Shown: positions 9,975 through 22,280 of the stretch, in pieces
How positions within the stretch are numbered: position 1 is the stretch's first letter
Layout: each line of letters starts with the position of its first letter
Notes under the pieces: generated by a model
Told to the model about the DNA's origin: nothing
Database searches by the model: none
The model's input: only the letters and a program-made list of their open reading frames with translations
Assembly: GCF_001194135.2 (NCBI RefSeq)
Contig: NC_068990.1
Coordinates: forward strand, 52,705,199 to 52,743,722
Reading direction: 5' to 3'
Source of the DNA: Octopus bimaculoides
Taxonomy: Eukaryota
DNA: 38,524 nt
Program-made: the position numbers and the translations under genes

Positions 9975-11150
9975 CATCTTCTTTCAATTTTGTTTCCATT
10001 TCTTACCGAGTGCTTCCCAACACCTAGGGCAAAAAAACTCACTGCATACATTGGTAGGCCATTAAAATAAACTCACCAGATTGTTAATTTACAAAGTCTT
10101 GTGATAGTAAAAAAAGAGCAGAAAGACAGAGGAAAGAAGGAAAAAAGAAAATAAGGGGGAAAAAGGGAAGAAAATTCACAGTGACAATGTTCTTCTCAAT
10201 ATGTGTGACATACCAGTTACGACAATTCTTTGCACTTCCTGCATGGATGGCGAATCAGGGCTCATCCTTAAACAATTTTCACTTCCCTTTTTGATCATTC
10301 CAAGTGCCACATTTTTTCGATTTCAATCAGCAAATCTTTACATTTTCTGAGCTTATCAAATTCTTTTGCTGTGATATTATGATCACAAGGTATGCTCATA
10401 TCAATTAACAGATTTTATTGTTTTGGTCTTCCACAACAATATCTGGTTTATTAGCTTTGATGGTCTAGTCTGTATGTACTGGAAAGTCCTAAAGAATCAT
10501 TACATTTTCTCCCTCAGTTACAGCTTTGAACCATTTGTTAGCAGTTTTGATTTTATAGTGCCAACATGTTATCCAGTGTAGATATTGACCAACTCTGTCA
10601 TGCCTAGATTTATACTCTACTGGTTCTAAAACCTTACTCCCCAAGATTAGGTGCAGTATCAGCACTCTGGATCTACTCCATTTTTCATCACATTGGCTTG
10701 GTAGTTCTGGGTCAATAAGCTCTGATCTTGAGTAACTAAGATAAGGCCTTTGCTCTCTGCCTTTAGCCGTGAGCTCTGTAGCCACTGATGGGTGTGCTTC
10801 TGGTCTACATCAGCTTGTTTGCTATGGAGAAGTTTTTGCCATGTAGAAGTTTTTGTTCCCACCTATCAGCCAAATGTTTAGACACTGTTTGCTTTGCCAT
10901 TGATTTCACCTTCTTTGCAACAACAGTTGCTGCACTTCCATCATGCTGTTCAATCTGGATATTATGCATGAACTCACTATCAAATTTTTTGCTCTCCTTC
11001 ATGACAAAATAAAGCTTCTTACATCTCTCATGGTTTTTAACAAGTTTTATCATCTAGTTGTTAGATGTTTCAAGATATATGGCCAGTCCAATTGTGGTGG
11101 GTTTTGTAAGAGATTTCAAATTGGATCATGCCTTGACCTACTAGGTCTCT
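9975..11150 (-). mobile_element. 5'-truncated R4/Dong-type LINE, copy 2 of a tandem pair
   Basis: Same 3' UTR as 9268. LKAESKGLILVTQDQSL, EYKSRHDRVGQYLHWITC, ILWDF...ANKPD. Confidence 0.9.
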
Positions 11151-11164
11151 GAGAAGGTAAAGAC

Positions 11165-13760
11165 AATCAGGTCTTTGCAAGTGCAGTTTATAGCCCAATG
11201 ATTGAAGAGTACTCTTAAATGGGCTGGTTATGCTGCACTGGTATAGGCCACAGTTATGGTCTCACTTGGCTTGCTGGGTCTTCTCAAGCACAGCATATCT
11301 CGAAAGGTCTCAGTTACTTGTCATCGCCTCAGTGAGGCCCAATATTCAAAGGTCTTGCTTCACCACCGCATTCTAGGTCTACCTGGATCTACCTTCTCCA
11401 CAGATTCCCTCTACTGTTTGGGCGTGACACTTTTTCACACAGCTGTCCTCATCTATATGACCGTACCAGCACAGTCATCTCTCTTGCACACCACACCTGA
11501 TGCTTCTTATGTCCAACTTTTCTCTCAGGGTGCTTACACTCTGTCATTTATGCACACTGACATTACACATCCAGCAGAGCAGAGCTCTCAGAACTTTGCC
11601 CAGGTTATTCTTTTTCTAGCAGCTACACTCTCAGAGCAACCACATCTGCTACTGACTTGGTCACCTAGGTAATGGAAGCTGTCAACTACTTATAGTTTTT
11701 TTTCCCTGGAACGTGATGGAAGTTGTTCTCTGCACATTTTCAGTGTTTATAGCACCTGAGCATTTGCCACACACAAAAACTATCTTGCTAGTTAGCCTTC
11801 CTTTGATATTGCTGCACTTCTTATGTGTCCATAGCTTACACTGTGTACATCTTATGGAGTTTCAACCTACGCCTTTTCTACAGATCTAGCAGGGCCATCT
11901 ACCTGAAGGGATTTTTGATTTGTCTGCCTTCCTACTTATTATGACTTTGGTTTTTGCTAGATTGACTCTAAGGCCCTTCGATTCTAGACCTTGCTTCTAC
12001 ACCTGAAACTTCTCTAGTTCTGATAGTGACTCAACTATTAGAGCAAGGTCATCAGCATAGAGAAGGTCCCAGGGGCATCCTCTCTTGAATTCTTCTGTTA
12101 TTGCCTGGAGGACTATAATGAATAAGAGAGGGCTGAGGACTGATCCTTGGTGGACCCCTACTCCTACCCAGAATTCTTCACTGTACTCGTTGCCAACTCT
12201 CACCTTACTGACAGCATCCCTGTACATGGCTTGTACAGCTCTCACTAACCACTCATCTATCCTTAGTTTCCTCATTGACCACCAGATAAGGGATCAGGGG
12301 ATCCTGTCAAAGGCTTTCTCCATGTCAACGAAAGCCAGGTACAGAGGTTTATCTTTGGCTAGCTATTTCTCCTGCAGCTGTCTTACCAGAAATATAGCAT
12401 CAGTGGTGCTTTTCCCTGGCACAAACCCAAACTGCATCTCGTCTGGACTGACTCTCTCCCTAATTAGTTGGGCTATGACCCTCTCTGTGACTTTCATTAC
12501 TTGATAAAACAACTTGATACCTATGTAACTATTCATATCTAATACATCACCTTTAACCTTTATAGCAGTTGACTTTGGTACTGCAACACCAGTCATTGGG
12601 TATGACTCCTTCATGTAACAACTGATTGACTAAATGGGTGACTAGACTATAGCTGACACTGCCAGATATTTTAAGCATCTTTGCAGTGATTCTTGATGGG
12701 CTGGGGGCTTTCCCTGTCTCCATACTCTTAATTGCTTTATCTATCAAGGTACTGTCAATTCAGATAGTTGGTCCCTCTGTTGGGTCAACATTCGGCAAAC
12801 TCTCTTTCTCCCATTCATTCCCTTTATTTAGCAACCTTTTTTAGTGGTGTCTCCAAGTCTTTCTCCTTGCAGCTTCATTAAATGCAAGTGAGCCATCATC
12901 CATGCGGACACGTTTCTCTCCTGCGACATCATGATTCTCTCTCACACACTGTCTTGCAACATGAGACACTTCAAGTCTTTGCTCCTCACAACGCAGAACA
13001 TTGGCAAATTTTTCCTTATTTGCTTCCCCTCTGGCTAAGTAAACCTGTCACCTAGCTTCCCTTCTGGCAATTTGATACAATTCCCTGCTACCACCGTTCT
13101 TCCAGTCCTTCCATGCCTGTTTCTTTTCCCTAATGTTCCTGTCAACTGCATTGTTCCATCACTAGATTACCTTGGATTGAGAGGGGACTTTGCACCATCC
13201 ACAGATCTGGTCAGTAGCTCTCAACAGGTGGTCTCTCGTATTTTGTCAAAAGCTTTGAATAATACTTCTCTAAATCCCTGTCCATTCACAGGGTCCTTAA
13301 GCTTCCAGACCCTTCTTCTCCATGCTGGCCATCTTCTCCATGCTGGCCATCTTCTGGGCATCCATTTAGCCCTGATCCTGAAGTTGCTAACTACTAATCT
13401 ATGTTGTGGGGTGCATCCTTCCCCTGGGAAGGCTTTTGCATTTATAAGTAGCCATCTTTCCCGTTTCCTGGCAAGGATGTTATCAATTTGACTAGTATGT
13501 CCTCCAGGTTGTGAATAGGGGAATAGGTGGCTGGCATGTTTCCTGAAGTTAGTATTACAAACCATGCAATCATTTGCATCGCAGAACTCCAGCAGCCTGG
13601 TTCCCTCCATATTGCGGGAACCAAAACCATAGCCTCCATGTACACCATGGAAGCCTCCTGCATGTTGTCCAACATACCCATTGAAGTTGCCAGCCACAAT
13701 GAGAAGGGCCCTGTAATCTGCAAGACAGTGTCATGAAATTGGTCTTTCTGTTCATCAGGT
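11165..13760 (-). mobile_element. RTE-clade LINE remnant (APE endonuclease + RT), 5'-truncated
   Basis: APE motifs GNFNGYVG...GYGFGSRN.EGTRLLEFC, SQIDNIL, QHRLVV. RT motifs QFGFVPGKSTTDAIFLVRQLQEK, VHQGSVLSPLLF, LLYADDLAL. Confidence 0.92.
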
Positions 13761-13799
13761 ATTATTATCACTATCATTATTATTATTATTATTATTATT
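13761..13799. repeat. (ATT)n microsatellite
   Basis: Direct reading. Confidence 0.9.
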
Positions 13800-16045
13800 C
13801 AGTAGTCTTATTTTTATCATGTACCTTCTCTGCACTACTGAGCACAGCTCTGTGTGCCTTGGGTATGTGCTGTGGTTTGTTGTGATGCTCTTATTTTTAC
13901 TGTATTGAAAGTATTTTATGTAGGATATGAGCAGTACCTAGTAGTGCTATTTTCTGTATGTTATATATACTTGTTGTCCTGGTGTTTAACTCAGTATTTG
14001 CCACAGAGAGGCTTTTTGCCATTGTTTTATCATGATCCATTGCTGTTTCAGTTTTAGCTTGGATTTCAGTTGTTTTACAGCTTTTGTTGTTTCTTCTTCT
14101 TCATAACTGTTAGGTACTATGATTTCGTTTTTGTATTTGTCAACTTCCTTAAAGCCTGAAAATAGTTTTTTGTTTTGTTTGTGTTTTGTGGCTATTTGTA
14201 TTAGTTTTTCTTGCTTCTGTAGTCCTATGGTGGTTACTTTGTAATAGTTTTCTAGCTGTATAAAGCCTCTACCACCTTTGATATGTTGTATGTGTAACCT
14301 TTTTGCTTCAGATTTTGGGTGGTGCATCCTAAATCCTGTCATTATTTTTTTTGCTTTCCTGTCTATTTTGATTAGTTCATTTAGAGTCCAGTTAAGAATA
14401 TTGTAGCTGTGACTTGGATGGCTAGAGTGTTGATACCTATTATCTTGTTTTTCACATTGAGCTCTGTTTTCAGTATTAATCTAACTTGTCTATACTATCC
14501 TTTTCTTATCTTCTCTTTCATTTATGTGTGTTGTATTGTGTCTAGTTCATTGATTCCTATGTATTTGTATGTCTGGCTTTCGTCTAATTCTCTTATTTCA
14601 TTTGCTTTATCTAGTGTGATGTTGCTACTCTTAACTAGTTTTCCTCTTTTCAAGGTTGCTTTGACACATTTTTCTAAGCCAAATTTCATGTTTATTTCTT
14701 TAGTAAATCTATGTACTGTCTGTAGTAATGTTTCCAGCTGTTTATCATTTGTAGTGTAAAGTTTTAGATCATCCATATATAAGAGGTGGCTGATTGTTTT
14801 GCCGTAACAGTTGTATCTGCATCCAGTTTTGCTTAGCATGTCAGATAAATGTATCAGTGCCAAGCAGAAAAGGAGTGGAGAGAGCATGTCTCCCTGGAAT
14901 ATTTCTCTTCTAATGGGTATTGCTTTGGTTTTTATGAGTCCCTCTTTTATCTGGAGCTGTAACACTGTCTACCATTTATTCATGGAATATCTTGTATATT
15001 TTATGATTATTGGTGCTACCTTATTCATGGCTAGTGTTTCTAGGATCCATGTGTGGGGAATACTATCAAAAGCCTTTCGGTAATCGATCCAGGCTATACT
15101 TAGACCCTTCTTCTTTCTGTGGTTGTCTTCAGTTATGGCTTTATTGATCAGTAGCTGATCTTTACTGCCGTATGATCCCTTGCAGCATCCCTTCTGCTCT
15201 TCTGGAAACAGGTTGTTTTCTTCCTGATGCTTGCTCATTCTCTGCGATATTATTGCAGTAAAGGCTTCGTAAATTGTAAGGAGACAAGTTATCGGTCTGT
15301 AATTTTGTGGGTTTGCCATTTCAGTGGATTTGGGAATTAGGATAGTTTTCCCTTCCGTGAGCCATTCAGGCATTACCTATGGCTCTGCTAGTATTTCATT
15401 AAATTTCTTTGCCAGCTTTTTATGTGTTCCTGCTAGCTATTTTAACCAGAAGGCGGAGATTTTGTTGTGACCAGGTGCCTTCCAGTTACTTAGTTTTTGC
15501 AGTGCCTGGTTGACCTCTTCTGTAGTTATAGGGATTCAGAGTTGTTCAGGTGCTGTGTTCATTATTTTGATAGACCTTTTCTGAAGTTGTTCCTTTACCA
15601 ACCATATTTCTTTCCAAAATTCTTCCACTTCTTCTGATATTGGTGCTGCATTGATTTCTATTTTATTTTTTCCAACTTCTTGGTAGAATCTTTTTGAGTT
15701 GGAGTTGAACTGTTTGTTTTGTTCAAAGAAACGTTGGTGTTTCTAATACCGGTGGATTCTTTGTGCTTTGGTGAGGATATCTTGCTTTAGCTCTTCTTTT
15801 ATTTCAAATATACCTTGTTCTATAATTTTGTATTTATGTAATATTTTTCTTCTCTTCTTGTTGCTTAGTAGTGTTGATTGTCTACTAGTTTCATTAAGGA
15901 TTGACAGATCTTTTCTCTTATTTTCTATTTTCTTCTGGATATTATTTATCCACAAGGTTTGCCTGGGTGGTGATACTCCTGTTTGGATGGGTTTTAGGAG
16001 TATCCAGCTTCTTTTGTGGCCACAGGTGCTACTGCATATATTATA
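13800..16045 (-). mobile_element. R4/Dong-type LINE remnant, with RT core and an internal deletion
   Basis: PEWLTEGKTILIPK...NYRPITCL, EQKGC...KDQLLIN, WIDYRKAFDS.PH, GIFQGDMLSPLLFC, HLLYMDDLKLY, GGRG. Confidence 0.92.
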
Positions 16046-16319
16046 TCATTAAGAGAAAAATCTATACTAGGGATTATTATATATATTATATCCAGTGATT
16101 TTCAGAGGTATGAAAAAGATATTTTTGTTTTAATATACTTTTACTTGTTTCATACACATACACAAACTAACGTGTTTTTTTAGATCAATTATTTATCATT
16201 CGTTATCTCTCCACTGACTTCGGTACCACACTAACTTCTATAACCTCTGCATTTTCACTTATTCATTTCAAACTTTCCCATCCCCTCTTATTTACCAAAT
16301 AAATAGGAGGTCAGGGTAC

Positions 16320-16682
16320 TTGATTCCATGCAAAAATATGTCGCCCAGGTCAGGACAGGCTGAGGAGTCGGTGCCACACAGGGCAATATTCAGGTACGAG
16401 TGGAGGCACCCGTGTATTACATCAATGCGACTCCGGGGAGAAGAAGAGCACGCCCTCGTGAAGATCGGGGAAGAAGTTTGGGTAAAATCCCCAAATGCAC
16501 GGTGCACGTCATAATGGGGGAAAGGAACTATAACCTCCATCAATTCGAAGAACAACGTCTCAGTCGATGGTATGCCACGCCATGTTTTGGATGTGCGGAA
16601 GATTGTCAGTGCTTCAGAGGATGGAACCAGCTGCAGTGGGCAGGATGATGAAGACAGCAGCAGTAGGCAAGATGATGAAGGC
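16320..16682 (+). pseudogene. Gypsy integrase C-terminal fragment (truncated by assembly gap)
   Basis: P..AIFRYEWRHP...VKIGEEVWVKSPNARCTS*WGKGTITSINSKNNVSVDGMPRHVLDVR, a GPY/F-like and SH3-like integrase tail, followed by an acidic spacer. Confidence 0.7.
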
Positions 16683-17622
16683 NNNNNNNNNNNNNNNNNN
16701 NNNNNNNNNNNNNNNNNNNNNNNNNNNNNNNNNNNNNNNNNNNNNNNNNNNNNNNNNNNNNNNNNNNNNNNNNNNNNNNNNNNNNNNNNNNNNNNNNNNN
16801 NNNNNNNNNNNNNNNNNNNNNNNNNNNNNNNNNNNNNNNNNNNNNNNNNNNNNNNNNNNNNNNNNNNNNNNNNNNNNNNNNNNNNNNNNNNNNNNNNNNN
16901 NNNNNNNNNNNNNNNNNNNNNNNNNNNNNNNNNNNNNNNNNNNNNNNNNNNNNNNNNNNNNNNNNNNNNNNNNNNNNNNNNNNNNNNNNNNNNNNNNNNN
17001 NNNNNNNNNNNNNNNNNNNNNNNNNNNNNNNNNNNNNNNNNNNNNNNNNNNNNNNNNNNNNNNNNNNNNNNNNNNNNNNNNNNNNNNNNNNNNNNNNNNN
17101 NNNNNNNNNNNNNNNNNNNNNNNNNNNNNNNNNNNNNNNNNNNNNNNNNNNNNNNNNNNNNNNNNNNNNNNNNNNNNNNNNNNNNNNNNNNNNNNNNNNN
17201 NNNNNNNNNNNNNNNNNNNNNNNNNNNNNNNNNNNNNNNNNNNNNNNNNNNNNNNNNNNNNNNNNNNNNNNNNNNNNNNNNNNNNNNNNNNNNNNNNNNN
17301 NNNNNNNNNNNNNNNNNNNNNNNNNNNNNNNNNNNNNNNNNNNNNNNNNNNNNNNNNNNNNNNNNNNNNNNNNNNNNNNNNNNNNNNNNNNNNNNNNNNN
17401 NNNNNNNNNNNNNNNNNNNNNNNNNNNNNNNNNNNNNNNNNNNNNNNNNNNNNNNNNNNNNNNNNNNNNNNNNNNNNNNNNNNNNNNNNNNNNNNNNNNN
17501 NNNNNNNNNNNNNNNNNNNNNNNNNNNNNNNNNNNNNNNNNNNNNNNNNNNNNNNNNNNNNNNNNNNNNNNNNNNNNNNNNNNNNNNNNNNNNNNNNNNN
17601 NNNNNNNNNNNNNNNNNNNNNN
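16683..17622. other. Assembly gap (940 N)
   Basis: Run of N. Confidence 1.
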
Positions 17623-17675
17623 CTATATTTGCTTTGTTTTCTCCAATTTGTGCGTTTGTGCATCCATAGATTTCT

Positions 17676-17745
17676 GCACATACACACACACACACACGCA
17701 CGCACGCACGCACGCACACGCACACACACACACACACACACACAC
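17676..17745. repeat. (CA)n/(CACG)n microsatellite
   Basis: Direct reading. Confidence 0.95.
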
Positions 17746-17934
17746 TTAGCGGTATTTCGTCTGCCGCTACGTTCTGAGTTCAAATTCCGCCGAGGTCGAC
17801 TTTGCCTTTCATCCTTTCGGGGTCGATTAAATAAGTACCAGTTATGCACTGGGGTCGATATAATCGACTTAATCCGTTTGTCTGTCCTTGTTTGTCCTCT
17901 CTGTGTGTAGCCCCTTGTGGGTAGTAAAGAAATA
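17746..17934 (+). mobile_element. Young, CpG-rich tRNA-derived SINE copy (5'-truncated)
   Basis: TTAGCGGTATTTCGTCTGCCGCTACGTTCTGAGTTCAAATTCCGCCGAGGTCGACTTTGCCTTTCATCCTTTCGGGGTCGAT..., with B-box GAGTTCAAATTCC. Confidence 0.85.
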
Positions 17935-17989
17935 ACACACACATGTAATAAAAAAGTTCAAACAGGGAATTATTTTATTCAATATCAGT

Positions 17990-20900
17990 TAATTATAGAG
18001 ATTATGTAACAAATTATACTTCTATATTTAACTGTGCGTGTATATTCCTTAGTTTTGCTTCTGGTGTCTTCTGCCTTTCTATTAGAAACGTTTACCTGGG
18101 AATTTACTTCAAGTGAAAAAAATCGTATGCAACAGATAAGTCGTTTTAATAGCCTATTTCTGTATACCAGACCTTTAGCTGTTATTTTTATCATAACAAG
18201 TTTTCTGGTGAGGGCTTCATTTGCTTTTATTGCCTGTTTGTTGCTTCAGTAGAAATCTACAGGTCTCTTTCTGCTCATTATAAGCTTTGATACTTGGTTG
18301 TTAATTATTGTGGGAGACATTCAACATTCAAGTACCAATTTCAAAATCCTTGCTGTCCCCATCAGAGCAGTTTTTAGGCTTGCTCTGCTCTCATGTCAAT
18401 TCCAATTTCTCTGACATATTTCTAGAACTTCGTCGTCAGTGCTCCGAGTGTCCCTACTACTACTGAGATGACAGATACTCTCCTCATAGTCCACATTCTT
18501 AAAATTTCATCTTTTAGTAATCTGTACTTTTCAATCTTTTCTAGTTCTTTGTCACTTATGCTTGCATCTCCAGGTATTGCAATATCTATGATCTTGGTTT
18601 CCTTGTTCCTTTATCTGCCACAACAATATCATATTTCTGAGCCTCAATTAGGGAGTCACACTGGATTGTAAAATACCACAGTATCTTACGTTCCTCGTTC
18701 TTGGTGACTCTTTCTGGTTCATGTTCATACCATTTCTGTGCTCTGTTCAGACCGTGATTTTCACATAGTGTCCAGTGGATGAACTTAGCCACATTATCAT
18801 GCCTCCTTTTGTAGTGCTTTTGGGCCTGCTTCCTACACTAATTTACAATATGTGACGTTGTTTCATTTCTGCTGCTACACATCCTACAAAGCGGTGATTT
18901 GTTACGCTTATCTATTTAGAATTTGGTGTCATTAGTTCTCAGAGCTTGTTCCTGGGCACTGCATATCAATGCTTCAGCACATCCTTTTAGATCATTTTTT
19001 CTTAGCCATCTCCAAGTGTTGATCTTGTCTTTTCCTTCAATTTCTCTGAGGTATTGCCCATGTAGTGGTTTCATTTGCCAGTTGTTTACTCTTTCTTCTT
19101 CATCTTGTTTCTTAAATGTTTGTGGGTGCATCACATTTTTGGCAGGTATTGTATTGTTAATTCTAACAGTGGCAAGCAAAGATTCACTCTACTGTTTGAT
19201 GTACCATCTCAGACTGTCCTCATTGGTAACACAGATCTTGCATTTTATGAGATCTCTTCCTTCTCTTTTTCTAGGCACATACAGTCTGTCAGTATCACTT
19301 TTGGAATGTAGTCCCTTGTTAATTGTCATCACTTTTCTAGTTTTTCTGTCTATTTCCTCAAGCTCATTCTTTGTCCACCTGATAACACCTGTGCCATATC
19401 GCATTATGGAAACAACTTGTGTTCATTGCCCTGATTTTGTTTTTTCTATTGAGTCTCCTTCTCATAATTAACTTGGTTCTTCTGAGATATTCTCACCTAA
19501 AGCTTTTCTTCATCTCACTTTCCTTGATTTTGTCATACTCTAAAATCCCCAAGTATCTATATCCGCTAGTCTCAATATTCTTGATTTTCTTGCTTTTGCG
19601 TATCTCTACACCATCAGATGACACTACTTTGCCTCTTTGTATTATAAGTATACCACACTTTTTAGTCCCAAACTCCATTCCAATATCCTTACTGAATATC
19701 TGCACTGTTGAAACTAGGCCATTTATTGCACATTACGTCTTTCCAAAGATCTTTAAGTCATCTATATATAACAGATGATTTAATTTTCCTCCACTTTTCA
19801 AGGTGTACGCCAATGTCACTATCTGTGTGAGGAGTATCATACAAGTCACAAACAGCAATTGTGATAGGCTATCTCCTTGAAATATGCCTCTCTTGATGTT
19901 AAGCCTTGCCAAAAATTTTCCACATGATGTTAACTCTGTGTTCCAGTTTTTCATTGATCTCCTAATAAAATTTGATATGTTATCAGACACCTGTACCAGC
20001 TCAAGACTTTTTAAAATCCAGGAATGGGGGACCATGTCATATGCTTTCTTATAATCAATCCACACCATGACCAGAATGGTAAGCCTTTTCTTGCAGTCAT
20101 TTAGTACCATCCTGTCTATTAGAAGTTGGTCTTTGTCCCTTGGTTTTTCCTTCTGCGTCCTTTCTGTTCCACTAGCAGTTTGTCATTCATTTCCAGGAAG
20201 TTATGCACATAATTAGACATTATTCCTGTCATCAGCTTCTACATCAGGGGTAGACAGGTGATAGGCTGGTAATTATCCACTGCCTTGCCTTTGCTGAGAT
20301 CCCTTTGGCAAAGAATTGTTTAACCTGTGGTCAGCCACTTTGGGATTTGTACACCATTGTTGATCATTTTATCCATTTGCATGGCTATTCTTCTGTGTAG
20401 TGCTGGGAAATTTTTCAGCCAATATCCTTGTACCCCATTTTTTGGATCTTTGTTGTCTGTTCAGTTACCATTCCTGTCATTATTCTAATATTGCTGTTTC
20501 ATTTCATATTTTTCTGACCTTAATTCCTTCAACCATTTAGCATTTTTGTTATGCTTTCTTCCATTATTCTAGATGTTACTCTAAAACCTTTTACTTCCTT
20601 CTGCATCTGGTGTCTCATTGCTGTTAACCTTTTCATTCAGCTGTTGATAAACCCTTTTCTGGTCTTGTTGGAACAATCTGTTGATTTTATAGTTTTCAAT
20701 TCTTTGGTCATATCTCTCGATCTTTGTTGCTTTAGCCTGCAGTATTTATTTCAGCTCTTCAAGAACTACATTTAGCCCCTTTTTCTTTATCCTATATCTA
20801 CATTCTATTTCCTGATATTTCTCCCTCTTGATTTCACATTTTTTCTTTCTTTCCAAGATGTTGAAATGTTTTCATAGTTCATTCATTGATTGTTTTATTC

Positions 20901-21900
20901 TTCTTTTCCACCAAGATTCTTTTTCTTCATTCCCGCATTTATGGTTTGAAACCTACTTTATTTCCTATATAGATGATGCAGGCTTTAATTAATCTATTTG
21001 TTTTGGTTATATTATCTTTCTTGATTTCTTTCAGTATTTTATTAACCTTAAGGGTCCACACTCTGAGCAAATTTCTATCTAATTTCCTGAATCCATATAT
21101 TTCCATATCCAGGTTTTCCTCAAAGATACTAGTAATGTCTTCGATCATTCTGTTGTCTTCATTATTCATTCCTTCTCTACACTCAGGACTTGAGACATTA
21201 TACTTCTGGTTACTCTCATTAAGTGCAGCATCATCAACATTCTCTGTATCTACTTCTGCATTACTCCCCCATGTTTTCAATCATCCCCCTCCTCCTAATC
21301 TTATCAAGTTCTAATACTGTTAGCCATCCTTTCTTCCTTATTGCTCTTACCTGGTCACAGAGTCTTCGTTCTGTAATATCTGAGCCCTGCTTCTCCATCC
21401 ATATGTTACACATCCTCATTCTATATCCTCTCATGGGTCTCTCTTCATTATCAGTGGGTCTACTAAAAAATAACATTCCAAAATAGCTATATTCATTATC
21501 TTAGTCCATTTAGTTCTAGCAGCTGTATAATGATGACTGGGCCCGTGCTGCTCACCCACAGGGCACCTGTCAGGTAAAAGTCCATCACCTGTAGTTCTGT
21601 CCTCATGTATGCTGTTGCATGTATTAATTCTGTCGATCGTTCTGTAAAAGCGTACCTCTTCAAACACTCATCACCAAACAGCCTTTTCGCCACCAGCGTC
21701 GTGCGCCAACCAAGATTACCACCGTGACGACAACAATTACTACTATCAATTACAAGCATTCCCCCCGACGTTGCCAAGTTTCAACTGAATCATTACCACT
21801 GTCAATATCATTACCACCACACATACAGAACACAGCTATAGCAGTTCCTGCGCCGATGTCTTCATCAATGTACTCTATCTCGGTGTTTTGGGATTTTTCG
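17990..21900 (-). mobile_element. Near full-length decayed R4/Dong-type LINE (~3.9 kb)
   Basis: N-terminus (KWT..MN.AILECYF, RGYRMRM..IW, ITERRLCDQVRAIRKKGWL); RT (WIDYKKAYDMVPHSW, GIFQGDSLS.LLF, HLLYIDDLK); LHGQYLR, EALICSAQEQALRT; RLE tail (WYEHEPE...ILWYFTIQCD...YDIVV). Confidence 0.92.
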
Positions 21901-21926
21901 TAGTCTATACTACAGACACTTTCACT

Positions 21927-22248
21927 TGTTCTGTGTTTTTTTTCTCACACACACACTTGTGCACTCATACATTTTCTTTCCTTTCAGGGAAAACAAACAC
22001 TCAAGACTTTTACATCGCGTGATTCCAGTTTCCTGGACAGTTGTCATCACGGTTGTTTTGTCATTGTCATTTCATTTATACATTGCATGTTCTGTGTTTT
22101 TTCTCACACACACTTGTGCACTCATACATTTTCTTTCCTTTCAGGGAAAACAAACTCTCAGACTTTTACATCGCGTGATTCCAGTATTCCTGGACAGTTG
22201 TCATCACGGTTGTTTTGTCATTGTCATTTCATTTATACGATGCATGCA
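21927..22248. repeat. Two-copy tandem repeat, period ~161 bp
   Basis: TGTTCTGTG...TTTATAC unit starts at 21927 and 22088. Copies differ by a few substitutions and indels. Confidence 0.95.
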
Positions 22249-22280
22249 TGTATTTCACAAGTGTACATTTCATTACTACA

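Noticed and set aside
12085-12504. Plus-strand ORFs opposite RT domains (also 14409, 18923, 19419, 29576)
   Set aside because: Antisense shadows of minus-strand retrotransposon ORFs.
13318-13356. In-frame 18-bp tandem duplication (RRWPAW x2) in the RTE
   Set aside because: Simple slippage in a dead copy; no functional implication.
17780-17800. tRNA-like B-box sequences (also at 6015, 33215, 33680, 34960)
   Set aside because: These are SINE heads; I could not fold a complete cloverleaf, so no tRNA gene is called.
16292-17942. Four long ORFs (365-483 aa) in the ORF track
   Set aside because: They stay open only because they cross the 940-N gap; the rest is microsatellite or SINE translation.
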